From Candidatus Latescibacterota bacterium (GTDB lineage Bacteria > Latescibacterota > CBDEFO01): a stretch of DNA of 64,000 nt. Positions 1 to 9,662 of the stretch are shown one piece after another. Made by a program: the position numbers and the translations under genes. Position 1 is the stretch's first letter. Each line of letters opens with the position of its first letter. Below the pieces are notes generated by a model. The model was given only the letters and a program-made list of their open reading frames with translations. It had not been told where the DNA came from and ran no database searches. The stretch spans positions 288,001-352,000 of the forward strand of contig CBDEFO010000006.1 in the NCBI GenBank assembly GCA_965237525.1, in the 5' to 3' direction.

Positions 1-98
1 TCCCCAGTTCGCGGGCCGGTTGCCAGGCTATGAGCGTGGAACTTGCCCGGTCTGGGAAGAGATCCAGCCATGGATTATCATGCTGAAGACCAATTACT

Positions 99-428
99 TT
101 GACACTGTTGAAGCCGACCAGCAGGCGGAGATTCTTGCGGAAGCTATTAAGCGATTCGATTGAGACTACGGATTCTATCCACTGCGTCGAGCGGGCACCA
201 CGGATGCGGGGCCGCTCACGCATGACGTTCGGGGGCGATCACTTTCTGATGGAATCGGACCCAGGAGCCGGAGTCTACAGTTGCGAAGATCCGCCCAATA
301 ACTTCGTGGATCTAATCCTGGGCGTGAATGACATCTGCTGGACACCCGGCGAGGTCGGTATAAGAGCAATCGAGGTTCTGGACGCTGCCTATCGCTCGGA
401 GCAGTCTGGACGGTCAGAATTCGTCTAA
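99..428 (+). pseudogene. Probable C-terminal fragment of a Gfo/Idh/MocA-type oxidoreductase
   Basis: C-terminus (NFVDLILG...GEVGIRAIEVLDAAYRSEQSG) resembles the last helix of Gfo/Idh/MocA proteins; the N-terminal part of the ORF is not recognisable and it lies near the window edge. Confidence 0.4.
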
Positions 429-509
429 CAAAAGCAGGCAGTCACAGGAACTACAAAGAAATAAAGTGTGGATAAAGCTGTCTCTTCTTATACTCAGAAA
501 GGAATGAAA

Positions 510-998
510 ATGGCTCGTTCTGATTCACTACTTGTCTACCTAGCTGGCCACATCCACGGCGGCTGGCGCGAGCGTGTACGTCAACTCTGTGAAGAGCGCA
601 ACCTTCCGGTCATCTTCAAAGGTCCGTCTGAGGACCACGCCCGAAGCGACGCCATAGGTGTGGAAATCCAGGGTATTACCGAAGACAATGTCGGATCCTC
701 CAAGTACTTCTCCAGAGTCCAAGACGACCTCGGCGGAAGGATCAACGACCTGCGCACCGGTATCTGGATCTCCAAATGCGACGTCCTGATCGCCTTCTTT
801 GACGAAGAGCAGAAAGGCTTGCGTCAGTGGAACACCGCCAGCGACATCGCAGAAGCCGCCCGCCACGGTAAGCCCATTATTGTAGTTCACGGCCCCGGGT
901 TCCAACACTCCCTGAAAGAAGTGGACGGCCGTGCCGACGTGATCGTTGAAACCCTCGAACAGGCTGTGGAAGTCTTTGCGTACATCTGTGAGGAATAA
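510..998 (+). CDS. ytoQ: YtoQ family protein (nucleoside 2-deoxyribosyltransferase-like fold)
   Basis: VYLAGHIHGGWRE, GPSEDHARSDAIG, QWNTASD and HSLKE motifs match YtoQ; ATG 510 follows GGAA (ORF track starts at 468). Confidence 0.85.
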   Translation: MARSDSLLVYLAGHIHGGWRERVRQLCEERNLPVIFKGPSEDHARSDAIGVEIQGITEDNVGSSKYFSRVQDDLGGRINDLRTGIWISKCDVLIAFFDEEQKGLRQWNTASDIAEAARHGKPIIVVHGPGFQHSLKEVDGRADVIVETLEQAVEVFAYICEE

Positions 999-1118
999 GA
1001 CAAATAGTCTTGTCACAGGCAGTGACGAGGTACAACCTATGTTCCGCTCACTGGCTTATCTCGTACCGCTGAAGAAGCATCTGAATCCTGATCAACTGCA
1101 CCAAGAGTAACCTTCCTA

Positions 1119-1544
1119 CTATTTCTCTCCCTTGGACCGCAGGGCATCTACAGAATACCGATCATCTTTAGAAGTCGTAAGCGCAAAGGCCGTTATCAGG
1201 ACATATATGGCATTGCGGGCCACAACCGAAGGGTCCCCCTGAACGACCATTCCGAACACAAGTAGTACGCTCAGAACTCCTATTACAACGAGGGCCTTGC
1301 GGGTAAATAAGCCGATTATGAGCAGCGCTCCGCCTATTGCCTCTACGAAGGGAAGCGCATAGACAAAGGGATAGAGCAGAACAGAAGGAAGCCACGTCTG
1401 GCTGAAATTTTTGAGCATTCCCTCTGCGTATCCGCTGTAGTCGGGGAATTTGCCTATACCGAAGAAGAGGAACACGACCCCAAGAGCAAGCCGCAAAAGC
1501 AGTGTGGCAAGGCTATTATCAGATCTGCTGCGGTCTTCGTCCAT
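1119..1544 (-). CDS. DoxX family membrane protein
   Basis: LLLRLALGVVFLFFGIGKF and EAIGGALLIIGLFTR motifs; four hydrophobic segments. Confidence 0.85.
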   Translation of the reverse strand: MDEDRSRSDNSLATLLLRLALGVVFLFFGIGKFPDYSGYAEGMLKNFSQTWLPSVLLYPFVYALPFVEAIGGALLIIGLFTRKALVVIGVLSVLLVFGMVVQGDPSVVARNAIYVLITAFALTTSKDDRYSVDALRSKGEK

Positions 1545-1562
1545 TCTGTTCTCCTTTGTTTC

Positions 1563-1903
1563 TTAAACTGGCTGAAAAGTGACGATCACTAAAGAACCGA
1601 TAACCAGGAATACAAAACCCAGAGTGTAGATAAGAGTCAGCGTTAAGACTCTCCAGCTTTTCGCATGGCCATAATCGTCAATCACTGTTCTCAAGCCGTT
1701 CAACCCGTGCAGAAGAGGTCTTGAGTGTAGCGACCCGCCACGAAATCGTAATTGATCTCGTCCACGTTATGGATAATGTGCATTGCGGCTAAATATCAAA
1801 GGGCCAAGAATAAGAGTAGAACTCCTGAAACTGTCATAAAAAACCACGTGTAGAGTTCAAATCCACCCGTCGGCCTCGGTATTGAAATCCCGACAGCGTT
1901 CAT
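1563..1903 (-). pseudogene. sdhD: Succinate dehydrogenase membrane anchor subunit, disrupted
   Basis: Manual translation MNAVGISIPRPTGGFELYTWFFMTVSGVLLLFLAL*YLAAMHIIHNVDEINYDFVAGRY...(shift)LHGLNGLRTVIDDY...TFQPV*; in-frame TGA at 1796-1798 and a frameshifting deletion near 1715. Confidence 0.85.
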
Positions 1904-1921
1904 CTCGGACGTCTCCTTATC

Positions 1922-2269
1922 TTACAGGATCGGCATAAGCATAACGATAGCCGCAGGAACAAAGATGATGACAAAGATCCCCGCAACTGCGTAGAACATC
2001 TGTCTTTGAAACTTGGTAGATTCTGTCCAGAAGTCTATGATTATAATGTGGATGCCGTTTAAGGCGTGGTAGAGCACGGCTCCCGCAAGCAAAACTTCGC
2101 CCACACGGAACACCGGCTTCGTATAAAGGGCAACGAACCTGTTGTAGACCTCAAGCCCCCATGCTATTGGCATCGTATCTCAAATATGGATCAGCAGAAA
2201 GAGTAGAATCCCATGCCCCGATATGCGATGAAGTATCCACGACCACATTCCTTCCCCTCCCCTGTACAT
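1922..2269 (-). pseudogene. sdhC: Succinate dehydrogenase cytochrome b556 subunit, disrupted
   Basis: MYRGGEGMWSWILHRISGHGILLFLLIHI*DTMP...YHALNGIHIIIIDFW; in-frame TGA at 2180-2182; GGAGG RBS upstream of 2269. Confidence 0.9.
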
Positions 2270-2332
2270 ATCCCTCCTCCTTTCAAATCAGGCGCTGACT
2301 CCGTGCGGGTCGCCGACTCTGGAATCAATTTC

Positions 2333-2378
2333 AAAAGACAAAAAGTGCCTCACATAGTCCAGCACAATGTGAGGCACT
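2333..2378 (-). terminator. Intrinsic terminator after mdh
   Basis: 12-bp stem AGTGCCTCACAT/ATGTGAGGCACT followed by a T-rich tail on the minus strand. Confidence 0.75.
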
Positions 2379-2436
2379 CAAACAGCTAGACAGCAAACGG
2401 GGCATTCCTGCTCCTGCCCTACTACTGTCTACTTAC

Positions 2437-3360
2437 TTATACGTCCAGCTTGCCCATGTTAGTCTTCACTGCTCCAGCCGACTTGTGGAGCGCTTCCTTC
2501 TCCTCTTTAGTCAGCCCAATTTCAATAATCTCTTCGACGCCATTTTTGCCCAACTTCACAGGAACGCCTACATAGACATCATTCAGTCCATATTCTCCCG
2601 TCAGCCAGGCGGCGCAGGGCAATATGCGCTTCTTATTCTTTACAATAGCTTCGACCATCTGAACTGTGGCTGAAGACGGGGCGTAGTATGCGCTTCCTGC
2701 CTTGAGGTAGTTTACTATCTCGGCGCCGCCATCTCTCGTCCTCTGGACCAGCCTGTCTATCGTAGGTTGAGACATCAACTCGGGGAGGGGTATTCCTGCG
2801 ACAGTTGAGTACCTCGGAAGAGGAACCATAGAATCTCCGTGCCCCCCCAACACACAGGCGGTCACATCCTTTACAGAGACGTCCAACTCTTCGGCTATAA
2901 ACAATCTAAAGCGCGCAGTGTCCAGAATGCCCGACTGTCCCATAACCTTTCTCGGCTCGAATCCTGTGACTTTGAGGGCAACATAAGTCATCACGTCCAG
3001 GGGATTGCTCACCACGATAACTATAGAATCGGGAGCGTTCTTGGCTATTTCCTGGCTCACCGACTCAACAATATCCGCGTTCATAGTCAGAAGGTCGTCT
3101 CTGCTCATGCCGGGTTTTCTCGGCAAGCCGGCCGTGACTACAACCACGTCCGACCCTTTGATATCGTCGTAACTGTTCGTGCCGACTATCTTTACATCGA
3201 ATCCCTCGACAGGGGATGACTGAGCCAGGTCCAATGCCTTTCCTATCGGCATACCTTCGATCACGTCGAACAGGATCACTTCATTTGAAAGCTCTTTTTG
3301 GGCTATCCACTGGGCTGTAGAGGCACCCACCTGTCCTGCGCCTATAACACTGATCTTCAC
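2437..3360 (-). CDS. mdh: Malate dehydrogenase (LDH-like)
   Basis: GAGQVG Rossmann motif, [25 protein letters not shown]. Confidence 0.97.
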   Translation of the reverse strand: MKISVIGAGQVGASTAQWIAQKELSNEVILFDVIEGMPIGKALDLAQSSPVEGFDVKIVGTNSYDDIKGSDVVVVTAGLPRKPGMSRDDLLTMNADIVESVSQEIAKNAPDSIVIVVSNPLDVMTYVALKVTGFEPRKVMGQSGILDTARFRLFIAEELDVSVKDVTACVLGGHGDSMVPLPRYSTVAGIPLPELMSQPTIDRLVQRTRDGGAEIVNYLKAGSAYYAPSSATVQMVEAIVKNKKRILPCAAWLTGEYGLNDVYVGVPVKLGKNGVEEIIEIGLTKEEKEALHKSAGAVKTNMGKLDV

Positions 3361-3379
3361 TGTAGATTTCTCCCTGTCT

Positions 3380-3631
3380 TCAAGCGTAAACGCTTACTTT
3401 CTTCTTACTTTTTCCCATTGGCTCGTAGCTAACCTTCCCATCTATCAGGGCAAAGAGTGTATAGTCTCTACCCAGGCCTACGTTATTCCCGGGATGGCAC
3501 TTGGTCCCCTTCTGTCTTACCAGGATAGTTCCGGACGTAACAGTCTGTCCGTCAAATCTCTTGACCCCTAATCTTTGACCTTTGCTGTCCCTGCCATTTT
3601 TGGAACTTCCTACACCCTTCTTATGAGCCAT
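3380..3631 (-). CDS. rpmA: 50S ribosomal protein L27
   Basis: [28 protein letters not shown]. Confidence 0.98.
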   Translation of the reverse strand: MAHKKGVGSSKNGRDSKGQRLGVKRFDGQTVTSGTILVRQKGTKCHPGNNVGLGRDYTLFALIDGKVSYEPMGKSKKKVSVYA

Positions 3632-3673
3632 TTAGTCTATCCTCCTAAACAAGTAGACAGGCCAGGGCCGAGG

Positions 3674-4030
3674 CTAAGTCAGTTGGGCATCAGCCTTTGG
3701 CTTTGTCTGCTTGCTGTCTGCTAATTCAATGTCATCAATTACGATCTCTGTGAATTCCTGTCTGTGTCCTCTTTTTCTCCTGTAGCCTTTTCTTCTTTTC
3801 ATCTTGAAGACGGTTATCTTGTCGCCTTTAGCGTGCGAAAGGACGGTAGCTTTGACCTTAACCCCATCCAAGAGGGGTTCTCCAATTTTAACTTCATCGT
3901 CAGCACATAAAAGAAGAACATCCTTTATCTCGAAGGATTCTCCCTCATCGAATCCAAGCTTGGGGATTTTGAACTTTTCTCCCTTTTCTACTTTGATCTG
4001 ATTTCCCGCTACCTCCACAACTGCATACAT
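3674..4030 (-). CDS. rplU: 50S ribosomal protein L21
   Basis: MYAVVEVAGNQIKV; KRRKGYRRKRGHRQEFT; adjacent to rpmA. Confidence 0.97.
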   Translation of the reverse strand: MYAVVEVAGNQIKVEKGEKFKIPKLGFDEGESFEIKDVLLLCADDEVKIGEPLLDGVKVKATVLSHAKGDKITVFKMKRRKGYRRKRGHRQEFTEIVIDDIELADSKQTKPKADAQLT

Positions 4031-4081
4031 ACATTAGCCTCCAGCCTTTAATCGTTTATAACAAGAACCCAAGGTATTAAA

Positions 4082-4110
4082 AAGATACGCAATCATACTG
4101 GCTCTGTCAA
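4082..4110 (-). promoter_or_regulatory. Sigma70-type promoter for rplU-rpmA
   Basis: TTGACA-N17-TATCTT. Confidence 0.7.
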
Positions 4111-4136
4111 GGCATTTCGATGCTCTACGAGCAGCT

Positions 4137-5672
4137 TTATGCTTTGAATTCATGGGTTATATCGTTTCCTTGTCTGAGGGAAAAGACCCTATATTCGTCT
4201 ATGGGAAGCTCAGGGTCTTCTTGGAGTTCTAACCTCACTTTTGCGACTTTTTCCAAAAGTTTCAATCTTCCCTTTTTGTTTTCTGTCAGGTATTCTCCGA
4301 CGGTTGGATGGACTCTAAGCTGTAGTTTGCGCTCCTTCATAGTTACCCTTGAGCGTTTAAGCCATCTTTCGATCTTTGTAACAGTCGTATCTCTGCCCTG
4401 GACTCTCCCGAGTCCGTTACACAGTGGACACGGCTCGCTGAAGGTATGAAGGAGGCTGGGTCTTACTCGCTGTCTGGTCATCTGGACGATCCCGAACTCG
4501 CTCATAGTCGATACATCGGTCTTGGAGCGATCTTTTCTCAGGGCTGCATTAATCTCATCCTGGACTCTCTTCCGGTCCTTGAAAGATGCCACGTCTATGA
4601 AGTCTATAACTATGATGCCTCCTATGTCTCTTAGCCTAAGTTGACGTGCTATCTCCATTGCAGCTTCCAGGTTGGTCTTCATGATGGTCTCCCCCTGGTT
4701 GGTCCTGCCTACATATCTTCCGGAGTTTACGTCCACAGTGACAAGGGCCTCTGTGTGGTCTATAACTATGAAACCGCCCCCCTTGAGCCAGACTTTGCGG
4801 TTGGAGGCCTTTTCTATTTCATCCTCGATCTGGAAAGCGTCGAAGATGGGTTTTCTGTTGGCGTAAAGTTCGACTCTGCTCCTGAGATGCGGGGCAACGG
4901 ACTTAAGGTAGGATAAGATCTGTTTGTATTCTCTCTTAGAGTCGGTTACTACACGGTCCACATCATCTGTGAAGAGATCCCTGATGATGCTGGAGGTCAT
5001 TCCCATTTCCTTGTGTATTATGGCAGGGGCTTTTGTCCTGTGTGCCCTCTTTTCGATTTTGGTCCAGATCTTAAAGAGGGTCCTTATATCTGATTTGAAC
5101 TCCCCTTCGCCCTTTCCCTTTCCGACTGTCCTTATAATTAAGCCGCACCCTTCGGGCTTGAGCCTCCCGATGATCTCTTTGAGCTTCCTCTTTTCGCTCC
5201 AGTTGACGATTTTTCGGGATATGCCGATGTGGTCCCCCCCGGGGACGAGGACTGTGAACCTTCCCGGCAGGGAAATCTCAGATGTTATCCTGGGTCCTTT
5301 GGTGCCTATAGGTTCCTTGGTGATCTGGACCAGAATCTCCTGACCCGTTTGGAGCATCTCTTGGATCGGAACAAATTTCTGTCTTTTTGAACGAGAATCG
5401 TCTTTTTTGTTGTTATCCCCGTTGTCGAAGTCGTACTCTTCATACGACTCAGCTACGTCGGAAACGTGCAAGAAGGCGCTTTTCTCGGTACCTATATCTA
5501 CAAAGGAAGCTTGCATCCCAGGAAGGACAGCTTTGACTATTCCTTTGTAAATGTCTCCGACCATCCTCTCATTTTCGGGGCGCTCCACTAATATCTCAAC
5601 GAGTCGCCCATCTTCTATAATAGCTATTCTGGTTTCGTGAATAGCCACGTTGATGATCATCTCTGTACGCAA
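4137..5672 (-). CDS. rng: Rne/Rng family ribonuclease (RNase G-like)
   Basis: S1 domain (GDIYKGIV...PGMQASFVDIG), TVDVNSG, RLRDIGGIIVIDFID, CPLCNGLG Zn-link. Confidence 0.93.
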   Translation of the reverse strand: MRTEMIINVAIHETRIAIIEDGRLVEILVERPENERMVGDIYKGIVKAVLPGMQASFVDIGTEKSAFLHVSDVAESYEEYDFDNGDNNKKDDSRSKRQKFVPIQEMLQTGQEILVQITKEPIGTKGPRITSEISLPGRFTVLVPGGDHIGISRKIVNWSEKRKLKEIIGRLKPEGCGLIIRTVGKGKGEGEFKSDIRTLFKIWTKIEKRAHRTKAPAIIHKEMGMTSSIIRDLFTDDVDRVVTDSKREYKQILSYLKSVAPHLRSRVELYANRKPIFDAFQIEDEIEKASNRKVWLKGGGFIVIDHTEALVTVDVNSGRYVGRTNQGETIMKTNLEAAMEIARQLRLRDIGGIIVIDFIDVASFKDRKRVQDEINAALRKDRSKTDVSTMSEFGIVQMTRQRVRPSLLHTFSEPCPLCNGLGRVQGRDTTVTKIERWLKRSRVTMKERKLQLRVHPTVGEYLTENKKGRLKLLEKVAKVRLELQEDPELPIDEYRVFSLRQGNDITHEFKA

Positions 5673-5689
5673 TTCTTATCTCTCCCAAA

Positions 5690-5730
5690 GTAAAAACGTA
5701 AAAGGGCTGCGCCTGTCACACAGCCCTTTT
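5690..5730 (-). terminator. Terminator-like hairpin directly upstream of rng
   Basis: AAAGGGCTG-N11-CAGCCCTTT followed by TACGTTTTT on the minus strand. Confidence 0.55.
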
Positions 5731-6046
5731 ACGATAAGCTCCTTGCGGTTATTCCCATACACCTTTGAAGTCCTGGCGTATGTACAAACCGAATTTCACA
5801 ATCTGATAAGCTGCAGCAATTATCTTTTGCGAAGGGCTGTCTTGTGCAAAGAGGAAAACCGGGAAGATATCGAGCCTTTAAAGGGGAGATTCAAATTAGG
5901 AGGGTAAATGACAATCTCACACCCTTTGTCCTACGAAAGTTCTTCGCCCACTGCGCCGCTCCGTGGGCTGTCGACAAAACCGCTATCACTTAGCGCCCCC
6001 CTGAAAAAAGGTTGGCACCGACGCGCGAAGTGCCCACACCGCCTTG

Positions 6047-6075
6047 GGGGGTTCCCCGAAGCTTCGGGGAACCCC
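6047..6075. repeat. Perfect palindrome GGGGTTCCCCGAAGCTTCGGGGAACCCC
   Basis: Self-complementary 28-mer seen directly. Confidence 0.85.
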
Positions 6076-6459
6076 AGTCAGCATGTTCTGTATATCCGGG
6101 AACCTACAAAGGGACGCAAGAAAAAGGGACAAGGAGTCTCCTACATATCCTTGCTGCCGCGTCATCTGTGCAACCTACGGGCGCTCAAATGACTGGCGAT
6201 TCCTATACAGACTTCGATTAGCCTACTTGAAGGGTCCTATCCTGTGTTGGGAAGAAAGTACTCCCAAGTTCCTCAAAATTGATATGATGACCCGTAATCT
6301 CGACTATTCGGTCCGGGAATTCCTCTAATTGTTCTCAAAAGACGCACAAGTTCTAAGCAAAAGACACGATAACAAACCTGTTCTATATTATTTGGATCTT
6401 TGACGCTATGATTAAAGTTGCCGCTTATGTTACTTAAACAAAAAACATATTCTTAACTA

Positions 6460-6488
6460 AATATAAGAGAACGGGGACTTTTAAGCAA
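6460..6488 (-). promoter_or_regulatory. Candidate sigma70 promoter about 790 nt upstream of rng
   Basis: TTGCTT-N17-TATATT in AT-rich context. Confidence 0.5.
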
Positions 6489-6673
6489 GAGATTTCTCCT
6501 CGGGTCCCTATTGGAAATCCAAAACGACAGCGGCGTTGTATTTGAAGACATGGCTTACCATGCAGATCCTGTCTTTATCCTGCCTAAATTGGGCGCCTCA
6601 TGTTTCAAGCCTATCGTACCGATGTTAATATGATCACCCAAATTCTTCTCCTGACTTCTTTTGCAGCGGAATT

Positions 6674-7420
6674 TCAGTTCTGCTGCAACTTGCGGTGATT
6701 TATCCTTATCCTCACAAGGTCTCGGAGCATATGAGTGCCCTCTCTAGTTATGTTAAGCGTACTCCCCGGGACATCTCTCCACCGCACAGGCATCTCCTTT
6801 ACCCTGTATCCGAGTTTTTCAGCTAAATATAGCGTCTCCGAATCGAACATGTAGCGCTCTATTGTCAGGCGTCCGAACAGGTCTCTTGCGACTCGACCCT
6901 TGAAGAGCTTGAAACCACACTGAGTATCTGCGTAACCTACCCCGAGGATCGCATACCGGATAAAGTTGAAGATCTTTGCGGATTCTCGCCTGTAGAAGGG
7001 CTGAAAGACCTCTATTTTCGAGTCGACAAGGCGCTTTGAAGCTATGACAATATCGTAACCTTTATCCAGAAGCGGAAAGAACTTTTCCACCTCTTGGATC
7101 GGAGTAGACAGGTCTGCATCGGTAAAGAGGATATTCTTGCCTTTTGATCCCAATATGCCGCACCTGACAGCATATCCTTTGCCCCTGTTGGGAAAATAGC
7201 TTATGATCCTGGCGCCTTCCACCCCGTCAATTAGGGACCTGACTGCATCTTTAGTCCTATCTTTGCTCCCGTCATCTACAACGATCAACTCATATCTGTA
7301 AGCGGTTTTGTCCAGATACTCAAAGATAGCAGGAAGAGTCGAACCGATCCTCTTTTCCTCGTTGAAGGCAGGGACTACTACCGATAGATGAATATCCTCC
7401 AACACAAGTTGCTTATTCAC
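6674..7420 (-). CDS. GT2 glycosyltransferase, dolichyl-phosphate glucosyltransferase-like
   Basis: SVVVPAFNE, VDDGSKD, NRGKGYAV, FTDADLS, DTQCGFKLF. Confidence 0.9.
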   Translation of the reverse strand: MNKQLVLEDIHLSVVVPAFNEEKRIGSTLPAIFEYLDKTAYRYELIVVDDGSKDRTKDAVRSLIDGVEGARIISYFPNRGKGYAVRCGILGSKGKNILFTDADLSTPIQEVEKFFPLLDKGYDIVIASKRLVDSKIEVFQPFYRRESAKIFNFIRYAILGVGYADTQCGFKLFKGRVARDLFGRLTIERYMFDSETLYLAEKLGYRVKEMPVRWRDVPGSTLNITREGTHMLRDLVRIRINHRKLQQN

Positions 7421-7453
7421 AAGGAGTTAAAACATTTTAACCGAGATGTCGAG

Positions 7454-8434
7454 TTATCCAACACAGGATAGCTTTGAATCCCCAAAGCCAGAGGAACCCT
7501 TGAGTGATCTGAAATATTCCACCGTCTCCTTCAAACCTTCCTCTACGGTCACAGAAGGTTGCCAGCCCAGAAGGGACTTCGCCCTATTATACGAAACCAC
7601 ATTCTTAAGAAGATCTCCCTGTCTTGGAGAACCGTAGTTTATCTTGCCCTCAAAGTCGGTAATGTCCGCTATCTTGAACCAGAGATCCTGTATGGTTATC
7701 CCATTATCTATTCCTATATTAAATGCGCCTTTGCCACCGTTCCCCAGAACCAGCAGATTGGCTTTAGCTACATCCTTCACATAGACAAAATCCCTTATAC
7801 AGCCCTCATCCCCTGTGTATTTTGCCCCGTTTACGGCAGGCGATTCCCCGCTTGTCATAGCCATACAAAAGATAGCCACCACAGAGGCCTCTCCACAAGG
7901 GTCCTGACGCGGCCCGTAGACATTGGAGTATCTTAAGATCGTGTAGCCGAGTCCATAGTGCTTGTTATAGTATCCAAGATAGAATTCTCCAGCTATCTTG
8001 GATGCCGCATAAGGAGAGGCAGGAGCTAAAAACGGAGAGTCCTCCTTTATAGGAATTTCAGCAGCCTCTCCGTAGACACATCCCCCCGAAGAGGCGAAGA
8101 TGATCTCCTTTACTCCAGCTCGTACGGATGCTTCAAGGAGACTTATAAAGCCTATAATGTTCACCTTTGCATCTGAAATTGGATCTTTGACAGAATCAGA
8201 GACACTCGCCCTGGCCGCGTGGTGATTTACGCAATCGGGCCTCTCCTCAGATAGAATTCCTCCTAATTTGTCGTCGGCAATATCTATGTCGTAGAATCTA
8301 ACTTTCGGGTTGAGGTTCTCCTTTTTCCCCGTGGAAAGATCGTCAACTACCACCACCTCATGCCCAGCTTCGATGTAGCTATCCGCAACGTGCGAACCGA
8401 TAAATCCGGCTCCTCCAGTTACCAATATTTTCAT
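7454..8434 (-). CDS. NAD-dependent epimerase (UDP-glucose 4-epimerase-like)
   Basis: TGGAGFIGSH, YAASK (YxxxK), LRYSNVYGPRQ. Confidence 0.9.
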   Translation of the reverse strand: MKILVTGGAGFIGSHVADSYIEAGHEVVVVDDLSTGKKENLNPKVRFYDIDIADDKLGGILSEERPDCVNHHAARASVSDSVKDPISDAKVNIIGFISLLEASVRAGVKEIIFASSGGCVYGEAAEIPIKEDSPFLAPASPYAASKIAGEFYLGYYNKHYGLGYTILRYSNVYGPRQDPCGEASVVAIFCMAMTSGESPAVNGAKYTGDEGCIRDFVYVKDVAKANLLVLGNGGKGAFNIGIDNGITIQDLWFKIADITDFEGKINYGSPRQGDLLKNVVSYNRAKSLLGWQPSVTVEEGLKETVEYFRSLKGSSGFGDSKLSCVG

Positions 8435-8524
8435 TCTGCTTGGTATTCCTCTCTATCCTCTTACTGTAGACAGAAATTGCAGCGGTTGCATGGGCGACAG
8501 ATCCACAGAATTAGGACGACTCGT

Positions 8525-8553
8525 AAAATAACATAAAGTCACATATTTGTCAA
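8525..8553 (-). promoter_or_regulatory. Sigma70-type promoter for epimerase-GT2
   Basis: TTGACA-N17-TATTTT. Confidence 0.55.
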
Positions 8554-8578
8554 GCAGAAAAGCCAAAGCCCCACATAC

Positions 8579-8648
8579 GAGATTGCTTCGCTGACCCTTT
8601 GCTGAGCTCTGGGCTTCCCCGATAGATTCAATCGGGGACTCGCAATGA
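8579..8648. repeat. Composite REP-like element containing TCCCCGATAGATTCAATCGGGGA (8616-8638)
   Basis: GAGATTGCTTCG...CTCGCAATGA frame enclosing the 21-bp palindrome. Confidence 0.85.
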
Positions 8649-8938
8649 ACGGAGGCAAAAAACCTGACAAGGTCAATGCGAGGTGCCAAAGCCGACCCGT
8701 CAGGAGTTGTTCCCCCGGAGGATACGTGAAACTGATCCAATCGCACCTGTCAACAATATAAGGCGGATCGCAAAGGGAAAAGGTTCTTATGTGTATCCTG
8801 ACTCGTTTTTTATCTTGACTTAGGACGTTCGGAATGTTATCATACATTGTTAAAAAATGGGTCAAAAAATGGAAGGGAGCAATCGGGTGGGGCTATTCAG
8901 TTTTTTGGAAACTCCGGATAAAAGGGAGGGATATCACT

Positions 8939-9456
8939 ATGAAAATACGATTGACCTTTCATTTTTGACTCTGTGCAGTTGCACGTTGCTCCTGCTGATT
9001 TCAGGCTGTGGTGGGGACAGTGGCACAGACCCAACGCAACCCGGTGTCTCATGGTCGAAAATCGCTTTTGTGTCATCACGGGATGGCAACTTGGAAATCT
9101 ATGTGATGAACGCTGACGGTTCCAACTAGACAAGGCTGACCAACAACCCGGCGGATGACTGGAAGCCTTCTTGGTCGCCTGACGGGACGAAGATTGCTTT
9201 TATGTCACACCGCGATGGCAACTTGGAAATCTATGTGATGAACGCCGACGGGTCAAACCCAATAAGGCTGACTGACAACCCAGCGCATCACGGTTTTTTT
9301 CCTTCTTGGTCCCCGGATGGAACAAGGATCGCCTTTACGTCATCACGCGATGGCAACGATGAAATCTATGTGATGAACGCCGATGGGTCAAACCAGACAC
9401 GGCTCACCAACAGCCCGGCGTTTGACTTTGAGCCTTCTTGGTCGCCGTCACCGTAG
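8939..9456 (+). pseudogene. TolB-like PD40-repeat lipoprotein, disrupted
   Basis: Three IAFxSxRDGNxEIYVMNADGSN repeats, lipobox ISGC; TAG at 9127-9129 where the third repeat has CAG; the ATG at 8939 with GGAGG RBS is out of frame with the lipobox. Confidence 0.85.
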
Positions 9457-9662
9457 CACAAATCACACAGAATCCGGCATCACGAATGATAGGGGCGTAG
9501 TAAGGAATATAGGGCATTTCCGAAGGAGTGTATCGGCAAGGCTATTCAGTTTTCTTGGAAGCACCGGTCGAGTTAGGAGCGAAGCGACGGGTGAAGACTA
9601 ACTGAGATATCTGGGCAATTCCGTTTGCAAGAACTGAATAACCCTACGATCGAGAGGACACT

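Noticed and set aside
1796..2182. TGA recoding (Trp, Gly or Sec) in sdhC and sdhD
   Set aside because: TGA terminates intact genes such as rpmA, apt and lysA, and sdhD also has a frameshift
6010..6130. tracrRNA-like GGCACCG...GTGC hairpin or c-di-GMP riboswitch
   Set aside because: Only short motif similarity; the rest of each consensus and the expected context are missing
5650..6328. Short plus-strand ORFs upstream of rng
   Set aside because: Overlapping, no recognisable motifs, and they run through palindromic repeats
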